Positions 37,637 through 46,929 of a stretch of 64,000 nt of DNA are shown piece by piece. The stretch spans positions 4,780 through 68,779 of the forward strand of contig JANMNF010000024.1 of the NCBI GenBank assembly GCA_031373765.1, read 5' to 3'. Made by a program: the position numbers and the translations under genes. Under the pieces are notes generated by a model that saw only the letters and a program-made list of their open reading frames with translations, ran no database searches and was not told the DNA's origin. Origin of the DNA: Chloroflexota bacterium (GTDB lineage: Bacteria; Chloroflexota; Limnocylindria; Limnocylindrales; CSP1-4). Within the stretch, counting starts at the first letter, position 1. Every line of letters starts with the position of its first letter.

Positions 37637-38217
37637 CCATTGCCAAGGTTGGCCGGCCGCTGTGGGCCCCGTTTCTCGGGCTCGTTGCGCTGGTCGTCGC
37701 GCTGGATCAACTGACCAAGTCCTGGATCGAAACGGAACTCTCCGGCGGCAAGGTGATCGAGTATCTGGACGGGGCCCTTCGGCTCGTCTACTCGCAGAAC
37801 AACGGCGCGCTCTTTGGCCTGTTTCGCGGCCAGGTCCTCGTCTTCGCGGTGCTGAGCCTGGCCGTCATTGCGATGATCGTGAGCTTCCATGCCCGGGCCG
37901 GTCGAAACCCGTATATGACCCTGACCCTCGGGCTGCTTCTGGGCGGTGCCATCGGCAATGCCATCGACAGGTTCCGGCTCGGATATGTGATCGACTTCGT
38001 GGACGGCGGCCTCGGGAGCACGCGCTTCTTCACGTTCAACCTGGCCGACGCAGCGATCAGTGGCGCAATCCTGCTGCTCTTCGCGATGGCCCTCTGGCCA
38101 TCGCTCGCCGGCCCGCGCGCCACGACCGATGCGTCCGCGCATGACGCGTCCTCGCCCGACGCTCCCATGACGGAAACCGAACCTGACCGCGCTGAACCTG
38201 GGAGCGGCGATGCCTGA
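37633..38217 (+). CDS. lspA: lipoprotein signal peptidase II
   Basis: Motifs GNAIDRFRLGYVIDFVD and FNLADAAIS. ATGA overlap with the ileS stop. Confidence 0.85.
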   Translation: MTIAKVGRPLWAPFLGLVALVVALDQLTKSWIETELSGGKVIEYLDGALRLVYSQNNGALFGLFRGQVLVFAVLSLAVIAMIVSFHARAGRNPYMTLTLGLLLGGAIGNAIDRFRLGYVIDFVDGGLGSTRFFTFNLADAAISGAILLLFAMALWPSLAGPRATTDASAHDASSPDAPMTETEPDRAEPGSGDA

Positions 38218-39166
38218 GGATGGCGTGCGCTCGCCCGGCGTCCACGTGCTCAGCGTGCCCGCCGACGCGCGCCCGACGCGCGTGGATCGATTCGTGACGG
38301 ACCACACCGGGCTCTCGCGGAGCCACGTCCAGAAGCTGATCTCGGCGGGTCGCCTGACGATCAGCGACCGAACCCTTCGCGCGAACTCGATGACCGAAGC
38401 CGGCACGGACCTGCGCCTCGAGATCCCCGAGCCGGAAGCGGCGACGCCCATCGCTCAGCCGGAGATCGAGGTCACGGTCGTCCACGAGGACGAGGACCTG
38501 TTGATCGTGGACAAGCCATCAGGCCTCGTGGTCCATCCCGCGCCCGGGCACGACAGCGGCACGCTGGTCAACGCCCTGCTCGGTCGGGCCGGGCCCGAGG
38601 GATTCGGCGGGATCGCCGGCGTGCGCCGGCCCGGCATCGTGCATCGACTGGACCGTGACACGAGCGGTTTGCTCATGGTCGCGAAGACCGATCTGGCCCA
38701 GCACAGCCTCATGGCGCAGCTGAAGGCGCGCCGGATCAAGAAGACCTACGTCGCGCTGGTGCAGGGCTCGGTCGGAGCGGCCGTGGGGCGGATCGAGGCA
38801 CCCATCGGGCGAGACCCGCGCCACCGGACCCGGATGGCCGTGGTCCCGGACGGGCGGCCGGCTACCACGGGCTATCGGGTGACCGAGCGGTTCGCGGCGT
38901 GGACGCTGCTGGAACTCGATCTCGTGACCGGGCGCACGCACCAGATCCGCGTCCACCTCGACGCCATCGGCCATCCGGTTGCCGGAGATCGGGTGTACGG
39001 CACCGGGACCTCGGCACGAGGACCGGAGGGTCTCGAGCGCCTCTTCCTTCACGCGTGGCGGCTCGAGTTGACCTCGCCGTCGACCGGTGAACTGATTCGC
39101 GCGACGGCACCTCTCCCCCAGGAGCTGGAGCAGGTGCTGATGCAATTGCGCGTGGAGCCACGATGA
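38210..39166 (+). CDS. rluD: 23S rRNA pseudouridine synthase, RluD subfamily
   Basis: N-terminal S4-like domain and a catalytic HRLDRDTSGLLMVAKT motif. Confidence 0.85.
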   Translation: MPEDGVRSPGVHVLSVPADARPTRVDRFVTDHTGLSRSHVQKLISAGRLTISDRTLRANSMTEAGTDLRLEIPEPEAATPIAQPEIEVTVVHEDEDLLIVDKPSGLVVHPAPGHDSGTLVNALLGRAGPEGFGGIAGVRRPGIVHRLDRDTSGLLMVAKTDLAQHSLMAQLKARRIKKTYVALVQGSVGAAVGRIEAPIGRDPRHRTRMAVVPDGRPATTGYRVTERFAAWTLLELDLVTGRTHQIRVHLDAIGHPVAGDRVYGTGTSARGPEGLERLFLHAWRLELTSPSTGELIRATAPLPQELEQVLMQLRVEPR

Positions 39167-39834
39167 CCGAGCCCGCCGCTCCATCGGACGGGATCGTGCC
39201 CGAATCCACGGATTCCGGATTTCACGCCGACGGAGCGCCAGGCGCTGTCCTGGTGATCGTGTCCGGGCCATCGGGTGTCGGCAAGGACAGCGTGATCGAG
39301 GCACTTCGAGCCGAGCCTCGCGTCCCGGACTATCACTACGTCGTGACCTGCGCGACGCGCCCGAGACGGAGCTACGAGGTCGACGGCGTCCACTACCGAT
39401 TTCTGACCCGCGAGGCGTTCGCGGCCCTTCAAGGCGCCGGCGAGTTGCTGGAGGCCAACGAGGTCCACGGGAACTGGTACGGGACCCCGCGCGCCGAAGT
39501 TCGATCGGCCTTGCAGGCGGGCCACGACGTCATCCTCAAGATCGACGTCCAGGGCGCGGCCGTCGTCAAGCAACGGGTCAGCGATGCCCTGCTGATCTTC
39601 CTCGTGCCGCCATCCCTCGAGGACCTGTTCCAGCGGCTGCGCTCCCGGGCCACCGAGTCGGCGGACGAACTGGATATTCGGCAGCGGAACGCGACCCTCG
39701 AGCTGGCGAGGCGCGATGACTACGATCACGTGATCGTGAACGAGACGGGCCAGATCGAGCGAACCGCCGCCCAGATTCACGAGATCATCCTTCGCGAAAA
39801 GGCCGAGTACCCGAAGCGTCGGACCCGGATCTAG
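39163..39834 (+). CDS. gmk: guanylate kinase
   Basis: P-loop GPSGVGKDS, YHYVVTCATRPRR and YRF motifs. ATGA overlap with the rluD stop. Confidence 0.85.
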   Translation: MTEPAAPSDGIVPESTDSGFHADGAPGAVLVIVSGPSGVGKDSVIEALRAEPRVPDYHYVVTCATRPRRSYEVDGVHYRFLTREAFAALQGAGELLEANEVHGNWYGTPRAEVRSALQAGHDVILKIDVQGAAVVKQRVSDALLIFLVPPSLEDLFQRLRSRATESADELDIRQRNATLELARRDDYDHVIVNETGQIERTAAQIHEIILREKAEYPKRRTRI

Positions 39835-39842
39835 GGGGAGTC

Positions 39843-42407
39843 GTGGACGCCGACCTCGAACAGGAATCCCTCGGCCTACCGGGAGTCGACGCGGTCACCG
39901 ATGATGCGGAACCCGTCTTGGAGGACGGGGATCCTGGCCAAGGGCGTCTCGTCGCGGTAGCGATCGACGCGGCCGGCGCCGCGGGTGCCCACGCTTTCAC
40001 GTATCGAGTTCCGGCACGCATGGAGCCGCTGCTTCCGGGAGAGGCCGTTCTCGTCGAGTTCGGTCGCCGCCAGGCGCTCGGGATCATTCTCGGGGACAGT
40101 GGCGGGACAGATGGGTTCGTGGCCAAGCCGGTCGTCGATCGGGTTCGGGCTGACGGGCCACTGCTGCCGCCGACATCGATCGCGCTCGCCCAGGCGATCG
40201 CCGCGACCTATCTCGCGCCACCGGCGCTGGTGCTTCGGGCGATGTTGCCGCCAGGTCTTCTGGAACGCCTCGAGCTGGTCGCGGAGCGCAAGCCACGGTC
40301 ATCCACGACGGGCCTCGATGGCACGGTAACGGCCACCGATGCGGCTGACACGGACGTCCTTGAGCAGCTCGAGGACAGGCCCCGAGCCGTCCGGACGCTT
40401 CGAACGAGCGAAGGGCGCGCCGGGCTGCTGCGGCGGCTCCGAGCTCTGCGTGACGCCGGCGACATCGAACTCGACTGGACGTTGACCGATGCCGGGGCCG
40501 CACCGCGGTATGTCAGAACCGTCCGCCTCGTCGCCGCGCCGGCGGACGGCACCCCCGCGACGCATGGATCCGGGCCGGAAGCGCCGCACGGCGGGGGAGG
40601 GAAGCGCCTCGGACCGCGCCAGGTGGCCGCACTCGCGGAACTGGCGGAGGCCGGCGAGCGCGGCGTACCCGCCCCGGAACTCTCGTCGCGCCACGGTGGC
40701 TCGGTCATCGGAAGCCTTCGTGGTCGCGGCCTGATCCGGGTCGATGTGGGCGAGGATCCTCGCTCTCCGCTCGAGGGACGGGCGGCCGGGCGCCGCGGGG
40801 CGCGACCGGCGATCAGCGATCTGTCGCCTGAGCAGGCCGCAGCAACCGTCGCGATCCGAACGGCCATGGCGGCACGTGACTCGACGCCGATACTCCTCGA
40901 TGGCGTCACGGGTGGCGGCAAGACGGCGATCTACGCCGACGCGATCGCGGCCTGCCTCGAGGCCGGCGGGCGAGCGCTGGTCCTGGTCCCGGAAATCGCG
41001 CTGGCGATGCCGATCGTGGATCGGCTGCGCGCGGATCTCGATGCCGAGATCGGTTTGATCCACTCTGGTCTATCGGCCGGCGAGCGCCTCGACGAGTGGC
41101 GTCGCGTTCGATCCGGAAAGGCGGACGTCGTTGTCGGCACCCGGCTGGCTGTCCTCGCGCCGATCGAGAATCTGCGGCTTGTGATCGTCGATGAAGAACA
41201 CGATCCCGCGTACAAGAGCGATCGAACCCCACGACTCCAGGCTCGGGACACGGCGCTCCAACTCGGTCGCCTGACGGGTGCGGCCGTGGTGCTTGGCTCG
41301 GCAACGCCGTCGGTCGAGACCGAGGGCAAGGCCCGCGATGGTACGTATCGGCGCGTCCGGTTGCCGGACCGGATGTCCGGGCGTCCACCGACCATCGAGG
41401 TCGTCGATCTCCGCGCAGAACTCGCCTCGGGGCAGCGGGGCATGCTCTCGCGATCCCTCAACGCGGCGATTCGAGCGCTCGATCTCGAGGCCGGCGACCA
41501 GGCGATCCTTGTCATCAACCGACGCGGATCGGCGTCCGTTGTCCTGTGCCGGGATTGCGGGTCGGCCCAAACCTGCCCCGAGTGTACCCGCCCGCTCGTC
41601 TATCACCAGGCAGGGGTGACCCTGCGCTGTCACCACTGCGGACGAGCGACGCCGCTGGCCACACGCTGCCCGACCTGCGGATCGGCGCGGATCCGGTACC
41701 TCGGTGGCGGGACGGAGCGCCTCGAGCGGGAGGTACGGACGACGTTTCCGGAACTTCGCGTGGCTCGCCTGGATCGAGATGTGGTCGAGCGCAAGGGTGC
41801 TGCCACCAGGATCCTCGATGACCTCGAGGATGGGCAGATTGACGTGCTGGTCGGGACCAGCCTCGTGACCAAGGGCCTCGACGTTCCTTCGATCACGCTC
41901 GTCGGGATCGTGTCCGCCGATGTCGCGCTCAACCTGCCCGATGAGCGCGCCGCGGAGCGGACCTATCAGCTCCTGGCGCAGGCGATCGGGCGAGCCGGCC
42001 GCGGCATCCGTCCGGGGCACGCGATCCTCCAGACCTACCAGCCGGACCATCCTGCGATCCGGGCCGTGCAGGACGCAGATCCGGCCACGTTCTACGACGC
42101 CGAGCTCGCCCTGCGTCGCCAGTTCGGTTCACCGCCGTTCGGACGGCTCGTCAAGCTGACCGTCGCGATGGCCGATCGCGACGCTGCGGAAGGAGCGGCC
42201 GTGGCCTACGCCGACCAGCTCCGGTCGCGGGCCTCCGAACTCGGTCGGAGGGTCGAAGTCATGGGTCCCGCTGTCGCGTACATCGCGCGCAGGGCCGATC
42301 GATGGCGGTTCAATGTTGTGCTCCGTGGGGACGATCCACTCGCCGTGCTCGGGGAACCGCCGGGCATGCCCTGGTCGATTGATGTGGACCCGGAATCGCT
42401 GCTCTGA
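39843..42407 (+). CDS. priA: primosomal protein N' (replication restart helicase PriA)
   Basis: Walker A DGVTGGGKT, a DEEH box and a Cys-rich zinc-binding insert (CRDCGSAQTCPECTRPL…CHHCG…CPTCGS). Confidence 0.85.
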   Translation: MDADLEQESLGLPGVDAVTDDAEPVLEDGDPGQGRLVAVAIDAAGAAGAHAFTYRVPARMEPLLPGEAVLVEFGRRQALGIILGDSGGTDGFVAKPVVDRVRADGPLLPPTSIALAQAIAATYLAPPALVLRAMLPPGLLERLELVAERKPRSSTTGLDGTVTATDAADTDVLEQLEDRPRAVRTLRTSEGRAGLLRRLRALRDAGDIELDWTLTDAGAAPRYVRTVRLVAAPADGTPATHGSGPEAPHGGGGKRLGPRQVAALAELAEAGERGVPAPELSSRHGGSVIGSLRGRGLIRVDVGEDPRSPLEGRAAGRRGARPAISDLSPEQAAATVAIRTAMAARDSTPILLDGVTGGGKTAIYADAIAACLEAGGRALVLVPEIALAMPIVDRLRADLDAEIGLIHSGLSAGERLDEWRRVRSGKADVVVGTRLAVLAPIENLRLVIVDEEHDPAYKSDRTPRLQARDTALQLGRLTGAAVVLGSATPSVETEGKARDGTYRRVRLPDRMSGRPPTIEVVDLRAELASGQRGMLSRSLNAAIRALDLEAGDQAILVINRRGSASVVLCRDCGSAQTCPECTRPLVYHQAGVTLRCHHCGRATPLATRCPTCGSARIRYLGGGTERLEREVRTTFPELRVARLDRDVVERKGAATRILDDLEDGQIDVLVGTSLVTKGLDVPSITLVGIVSADVALNLPDERAAERTYQLLAQAIGRAGRGIRPGHAILQTYQPDHPAIRAVQDADPATFYDAELALRRQFGSPPFGRLVKLTVAMADRDAAEGAAVAYADQLRSRASELGRRVEVMGPAVAYIARRADRWRFNVVLRGDDPLAVLGEPPGMPWSIDVDPESLL

Positions 42408-42440
42408 CCGGGAGGCGAGCAGGCCTCGCCCTCCGCGGAG

Positions 42441-42920
42441 GTGGAAAACCGCCAGAACGACGACAATGGAGCGACCAACGCAGTCCGCCATCTCGCGGAC
42501 GAGGAGGAAAGACCAATGAACGACGAAACAACCAAAGAGCAGGAATCACCAACCCCGGCCGCGGACGAGACGTTCGCGTGGACCGGTGACGGCGAGAACA
42601 ACGGAGACTCCGAGAGCGCGTCTTCGAGCGCCCGCGAGTGGCTGTCCCAGCTTCAGGCGATGATCGAGAACATCACGGAGCAGGCGGGCCCGATCCTTCG
42701 CCAGGTCAGCGCCAAGGCTGCGGAGCTGGCGGTCGTCGCTGGCGAGAAGGCGGGGCCGGTCGCGGCACGCGCTGCCGAACTCACGGCCGAAGCCGGATCT
42801 CGAATCGCCGAGAAATCCCGTGACCTCGCGGCCGATCTCCGACGCGATCAGGCTGCCAAGGCTGCCGCAGCTGACGAGGCCGCTTCCGCCTCGACCGACG
42901 GGGAAGCCTCCAAGGACTGA
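42441..42920 (+). CDS. hypothetical small acidic Ala-rich helical protein
   Basis: ORF of 159 aa; an alternative start MNDETTKEQ lies at ~42516. Strongly acidic N-terminus, then predicted amphipathic Ala/Glu-rich helices. No known motif. Confidence 0.45.
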   Translation: MENRQNDDNGATNAVRHLADEEERPMNDETTKEQESPTPAADETFAWTGDGENNGDSESASSSAREWLSQLQAMIENITEQAGPILRQVSAKAAELAVVAGEKAGPVAARAAELTAEAGSRIAEKSRDLAADLRRDQAAKAAAADEAASASTDGEASKD

Positions 42921-42998
42921 CCGGGAGCACCGGTTGCGTCTGATTGGGACGGCGCCGTGCCGTCCTGATCGGGAACTGGGGCCGCGCTCGCCTATACT

Positions 42999-43541
42999 TT
43001 GGTCATGAGCGTCCGACCCATCCTCCTTCTCGGTGACCCTCGGCTTCGGCTCAAGGGCCGACCCGTCGAGAGTTTCGGCAAGTACCTCCACGGATTGCTG
43101 GATGACCTCGCCCACACGATGCGCGATGCGCCCGGCGTCGGGCTTGCGGCGCCGCAGTTGGGGGAAGCACTCAACGCGTGCGTGATCGAGGTCGACAGCC
43201 AGCTGTATGAGCTCGTCAACCCCGAAATCGTCAAATCGACCGGGGATGACCGGGATCTCGAAGGCTGCCTGTCCATTCCGGGCTATGCCGCCTACGTGAC
43301 ACGCCGCGAGCGCGTCTGGGTCGTTGCCCAGAATCGGGCCGGCCGGCGAATCAGGGTCGCGGGGTCGGGCCTCCTGGGTCGTGCCCTCCAGCACGAGCTG
43401 GACCACCTCGAGGGAAAGCTCTACATCGACTACCTCGAGTCTCTCGATGAGCTCCTGCCCACGGGCCATGACGATGACGATGAGAGCGAGGACGCCGGCG
43501 AAGGCTCGTCGCACGAGGTTCGGACGCCAGCACTCGCGTGA
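42999..43541 (+). CDS. def: peptide deformylase
   Basis: Three PDF motifs present: GVGLAAPQLG, EGCLSIPG and HELDHLEG. Confidence 0.9.
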   Translation: MVMSVRPILLLGDPRLRLKGRPVESFGKYLHGLLDDLAHTMRDAPGVGLAAPQLGEALNACVIEVDSQLYELVNPEIVKSTGDDRDLEGCLSIPGYAAYVTRRERVWVVAQNRAGRRIRVAGSGLLGRALQHELDHLEGKLYIDYLESLDELLPTGHDDDDESEDAGEGSSHEVRTPALA

Positions 43542-44539
43542 TGGCGCCGCTCGATGGTGCTCCGACAACGCGCCTGCGGACCGTCTTCTTCGGGTCGGGT
43601 TCGTTCGCGGTGCCCATGCTCGATTCGTTGGTCCGCCGCTCCGAGATCGAGATTGTTGGGGTGATCACGCCGCCGGATGGACGTGTCGGCCGGACTGGGA
43701 CATTGACGCCCGTCCCGGTGGCGATGGCGGCCCGGAGCGCGCTGCTACCGCTCCTTCAGGTAAAACGCGTCCGGTCGACTGACTCGATCGAGGCGATCCG
43801 TGAGTTGGCGCCGGATCTGGGTGTGCTGGCCGATTTCGGACAGCTGCTCCCGCAGTCGGTCATCGACCTCCCTGCCCACGGGATCATCAACATCCACCCG
43901 TCCCTCCTACCACGCCATCGTGGCGCCACGCCGATCCCTGCGACCATCCTGGCCGGCGATTCGGAGGCAGGCGTCACGATCATGCAGATGGACGCCGGCC
44001 TCGACACGGGCCCGATCATCACCGCTCGCTCGTGGTCGGTCACGGGAACCGAGGATGCACCCGGGCTCGAGGCGCAGGCGGCCGACGTTGGAGTGGCACT
44101 CCTCGATGAGGTCATCTCGATGCTGCTGGCAGGGCCGTTGCGGAGCATGCCCCAGGACGCAGCGGTCGCGACCCTGACCCGACCCCTTCGGCGTGCCGAC
44201 GGCCGCCTTGATCCGGGTCTCCCGGCGCTTGGCCTGGCACGCCAGGTCCGTGCCTTTCGCCCGTGGCCTGGAGCCTTCATCGAAGCCGGCGGGCTGCGAC
44301 TCGTGGTTCACGACGGCTCGATCGCCGGGGCCATGCCCGGTGACAGGCCCGGGCGAATCGTTGCTCATGGGGACGGTATCGCGCTCACGACGTCGGATGG
44401 GCGTCTCGTTCTCGAGACTGTGCAGCCAGCGGGTGGTCGCTCGATGCCGGGCGCGGCGTTCCGACGTGGGCGTCCATCGATCGTCGGGGCCGCGGTCGAC
44501 GCCACTGTGCCACCGTCCGGCCCCGAGCCCGAGGCATGA
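43538..44539 (+). CDS. fmt: methionyl-tRNA formyltransferase
   Basis: VFFGSGSFAVP N-terminus, INIHPSLLPRHRGATPI catalytic motif and a C-terminal domain. Coupled to def. Confidence 0.9.
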   Translation: MMAPLDGAPTTRLRTVFFGSGSFAVPMLDSLVRRSEIEIVGVITPPDGRVGRTGTLTPVPVAMAARSALLPLLQVKRVRSTDSIEAIRELAPDLGVLADFGQLLPQSVIDLPAHGIINIHPSLLPRHRGATPIPATILAGDSEAGVTIMQMDAGLDTGPIITARSWSVTGTEDAPGLEAQAADVGVALLDEVISMLLAGPLRSMPQDAAVATLTRPLRRADGRLDPGLPALGLARQVRAFRPWPGAFIEAGGLRLVVHDGSIAGAMPGDRPGRIVAHGDGIALTTSDGRLVLETVQPAGGRSMPGAAFRRGRPSIVGAAVDATVPPSGPEPEA

Positions 44540-46842
44540 ACCCGATGCATGGCGTGGGCGTGGCTCGACCCAGGACGGACTCGCGGGTCAAGGTCACCGG
44601 AGCGATGCGCTATGTGGCCGACCGCCCTCGGTACAGGGGGCTCCATGCCCGCCTCGTGCTGGCAACCCACGCTCATGCGCGGATCGTCTCCGTCGACACG
44701 GACGAGGCGCGAAGGGCCGTGGGTGTCGTTGCGGTGTTCCTTGCCTCCGACCTCAGTCTGAAGGCCGGATCGGACCGCCTGGCGATCCCGCTGGCCAAGG
44801 ATGAGGTCGTCTTCGCCGGCCAGCCGCTGGCGGTGATCATCGCCGAGACTGAAGCACAGGCAGCAGACGCGGCAGAACTCGTGATGATCGATCTCGAACC
44901 GCTGCCGGTCGTCCTCGATCTGCGTGCTGCCATGGACATCGACGCCGTTCTGGTGCGCCCCGACCTGCTCGAGGACGATGGCGGGCAGACCGCGATGGAT
45001 GCCCAGACGCACGCGGCTGTCGGCGGCGCTGGCGACGATTCGATCGATCAGGAACGCTGGTCGGCCAATGTCGTCGGTCGCACGCGATATCGGACGGGCG
45101 ACGTGGAAACGGCATTCGCGGTTGCAGCCGCCACCGTACGCCGCCAGTTCAAGACGGCGTGGGTCCATCAGGGCTACATCGAAACCCAGGGGTGTACGGC
45201 CTGGGTCGACGACGACGGAACCCTGGTCGTCGAGTCCAGTACGCAGGGCACCTTTGCCCTGCGCAAGGATCTCGGTCGTGTCCTCGGCCTGCCGACGAAT
45301 CGGATCCGTGTGGTGCCGGCCCCGCTTGGCGGCGCCTTCGGCGGCAAGTGGGCCATTCTCGAGCCGATCGTGGCCGCAAGCGCTCTCCGGCTGGGTCGCC
45401 CCGTCCGCCTGATCCTCGAACGCCGCCACGACTTCCTCGCCTCCAATCCATCCCAAGCGTTCGAATTGGACGTCGAAGTCGCGACCGATGCCGATGGGAC
45501 GTTCACGGCGCTGCGGGTCCGGATCCTGGCCGATGGAGGGGCGTTTGCCGATTTCAGCGCCGATGCCCTCGCTGGGGTGCTCGTCGCGGGCCCCTACCGC
45601 TGGCCGAACGTGGAGATCAGCGCCTACGGTGTGCTGACCCATCGAGTGGGCACCGGGCCGTACCGAGGGCCGAGTGGTCCGCCCACCGCATTCGCCATCG
45701 AATCGGTGGTTGACGAGCTGGCGGGTGCTCTCGGTGTCGATCCGGTGGTGCTGCGTCGGCGGAACGGAAGTCGGCCGGGCGATCCCATGGTCGATGACGA
45801 GGCCTGGGCACCACATGCGCTCGACGAAGTCCTCGATGTCGTCGAAACTCGGCCGCGCTGGCAGGGCCGGGCGCAGCTGCCCGCGGGGGAGGGGATCGGC
45901 CTCTCGGTCGGCTACTGGCCGGGGAGCAAGGATCCAGCCGCGGCGCTGTGCCGGATGTCGCCGGATGGAAGCGTCCAGATCGTCACGGGCGTCGTCGACA
46001 TGTCGGGCACGAATGGGGCATTCCAGGCGATCGCCGCCGAAGTGCTCGGGATGTCGCCGGATGCCATCGAGATCATCACCGTGGACACCGGGTCGGCACC
46101 GCCCTCGCCGGGCAGCGGCGGGAGCACGGTGACCTATTCGGCCGGGCGCGCGGTTCGCCTCGCGGCCGAGGATGCACGTCGCCAGTTGCTGGCTGCGGCG
46201 TCGGCAGAGTTGGAGATCTCGGTCGATGACCTCGAGATCGTCGACGGCGTGGTCCGTCCGCGCGGAACCCCGGGCCGTGGCCTTTCGGTCGCCAAGCTGA
46301 TTCGGGCCAACGATCGGGCGTCGCGGGCTCCGATCGAAGGGCATGCGACCTCGGCCCATACGAGCCTCGCACCGTCAATTGCGGCATTCCTTGCCCATGT
46401 CAGCGTGGACCCGGCGTCAGGCGAAACACGCGTCCTCGGGTTCGAGGCGATCCAGGATGTCGGCCGCGCCCTGAACCCGGCGCTCATTGCCGGTCAGCAG
46501 TACGGCGGCGCTGCGCAGGCGATCGGCTGGGCCCTGTACGAGGCATTGGTCCACGATGCGGGTGGCCAGCTCACCAGCGCGACCTTCCTGGACTACGCGA
46601 TTCCCCGCGCCGAGCACGTGCCCTTGATCGACGCCTCGTACGTCGAGGTGCCCGCGCCTGACGGACCGTTTGGCGCGAAGGGCATTGGGGAGGCCGCCGT
46701 CGTCGGTGGTGCCGCAGCCATCGCCAATGCCGTCGCGGCCGCCACGGGCATTCGGCCGCAGGAGTTGCCGATGACTCCGCAGCGGATCTGGCGTGCGCTT
46801 CGCGACCACCGCACGAATGGCGACGTGTCGCCCAGCGACTGA
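44536..46842 (+). CDS. xanthine dehydrogenase / aldehyde oxidase family molybdopterin-binding subunit (CoxL-like)
   Basis: About 768 aa. N-terminal a/b-hammerhead RVKVTGAMRYVAD followed by Mo-cofactor-binding domains. No Fe-S or FAD subunit genes adjacent. ATGA overlap with the fmt stop. Confidence 0.75.
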   Translation: MNPMHGVGVARPRTDSRVKVTGAMRYVADRPRYRGLHARLVLATHAHARIVSVDTDEARRAVGVVAVFLASDLSLKAGSDRLAIPLAKDEVVFAGQPLAVIIAETEAQAADAAELVMIDLEPLPVVLDLRAAMDIDAVLVRPDLLEDDGGQTAMDAQTHAAVGGAGDDSIDQERWSANVVGRTRYRTGDVETAFAVAAATVRRQFKTAWVHQGYIETQGCTAWVDDDGTLVVESSTQGTFALRKDLGRVLGLPTNRIRVVPAPLGGAFGGKWAILEPIVAASALRLGRPVRLILERRHDFLASNPSQAFELDVEVATDADGTFTALRVRILADGGAFADFSADALAGVLVAGPYRWPNVEISAYGVLTHRVGTGPYRGPSGPPTAFAIESVVDELAGALGVDPVVLRRRNGSRPGDPMVDDEAWAPHALDEVLDVVETRPRWQGRAQLPAGEGIGLSVGYWPGSKDPAAALCRMSPDGSVQIVTGVVDMSGTNGAFQAIAAEVLGMSPDAIEIITVDTGSAPPSPGSGGSTVTYSAGRAVRLAAEDARRQLLAAASAELEISVDDLEIVDGVVRPRGTPGRGLSVAKLIRANDRASRAPIEGHATSAHTSLAPSIAAFLAHVSVDPASGETRVLGFEAIQDVGRALNPALIAGQQYGGAAQAIGWALYEALVHDAGGQLTSATFLDYAIPRAEHVPLIDASYVEVPAPDGPFGAKGIGEAAVVGGAAAIANAVAAATGIRPQELPMTPQRIWRALRDHRTNGDVSPSD

Positions 46843-46929
46843 CAGGGGCGCACCGGCGCAGGCGCATTGCGCCGGCCCTTCTCCGCGGGCCTCGGTCCGC
46901 AGCCAGGCGATCCCGCCGTGCGACAATGC

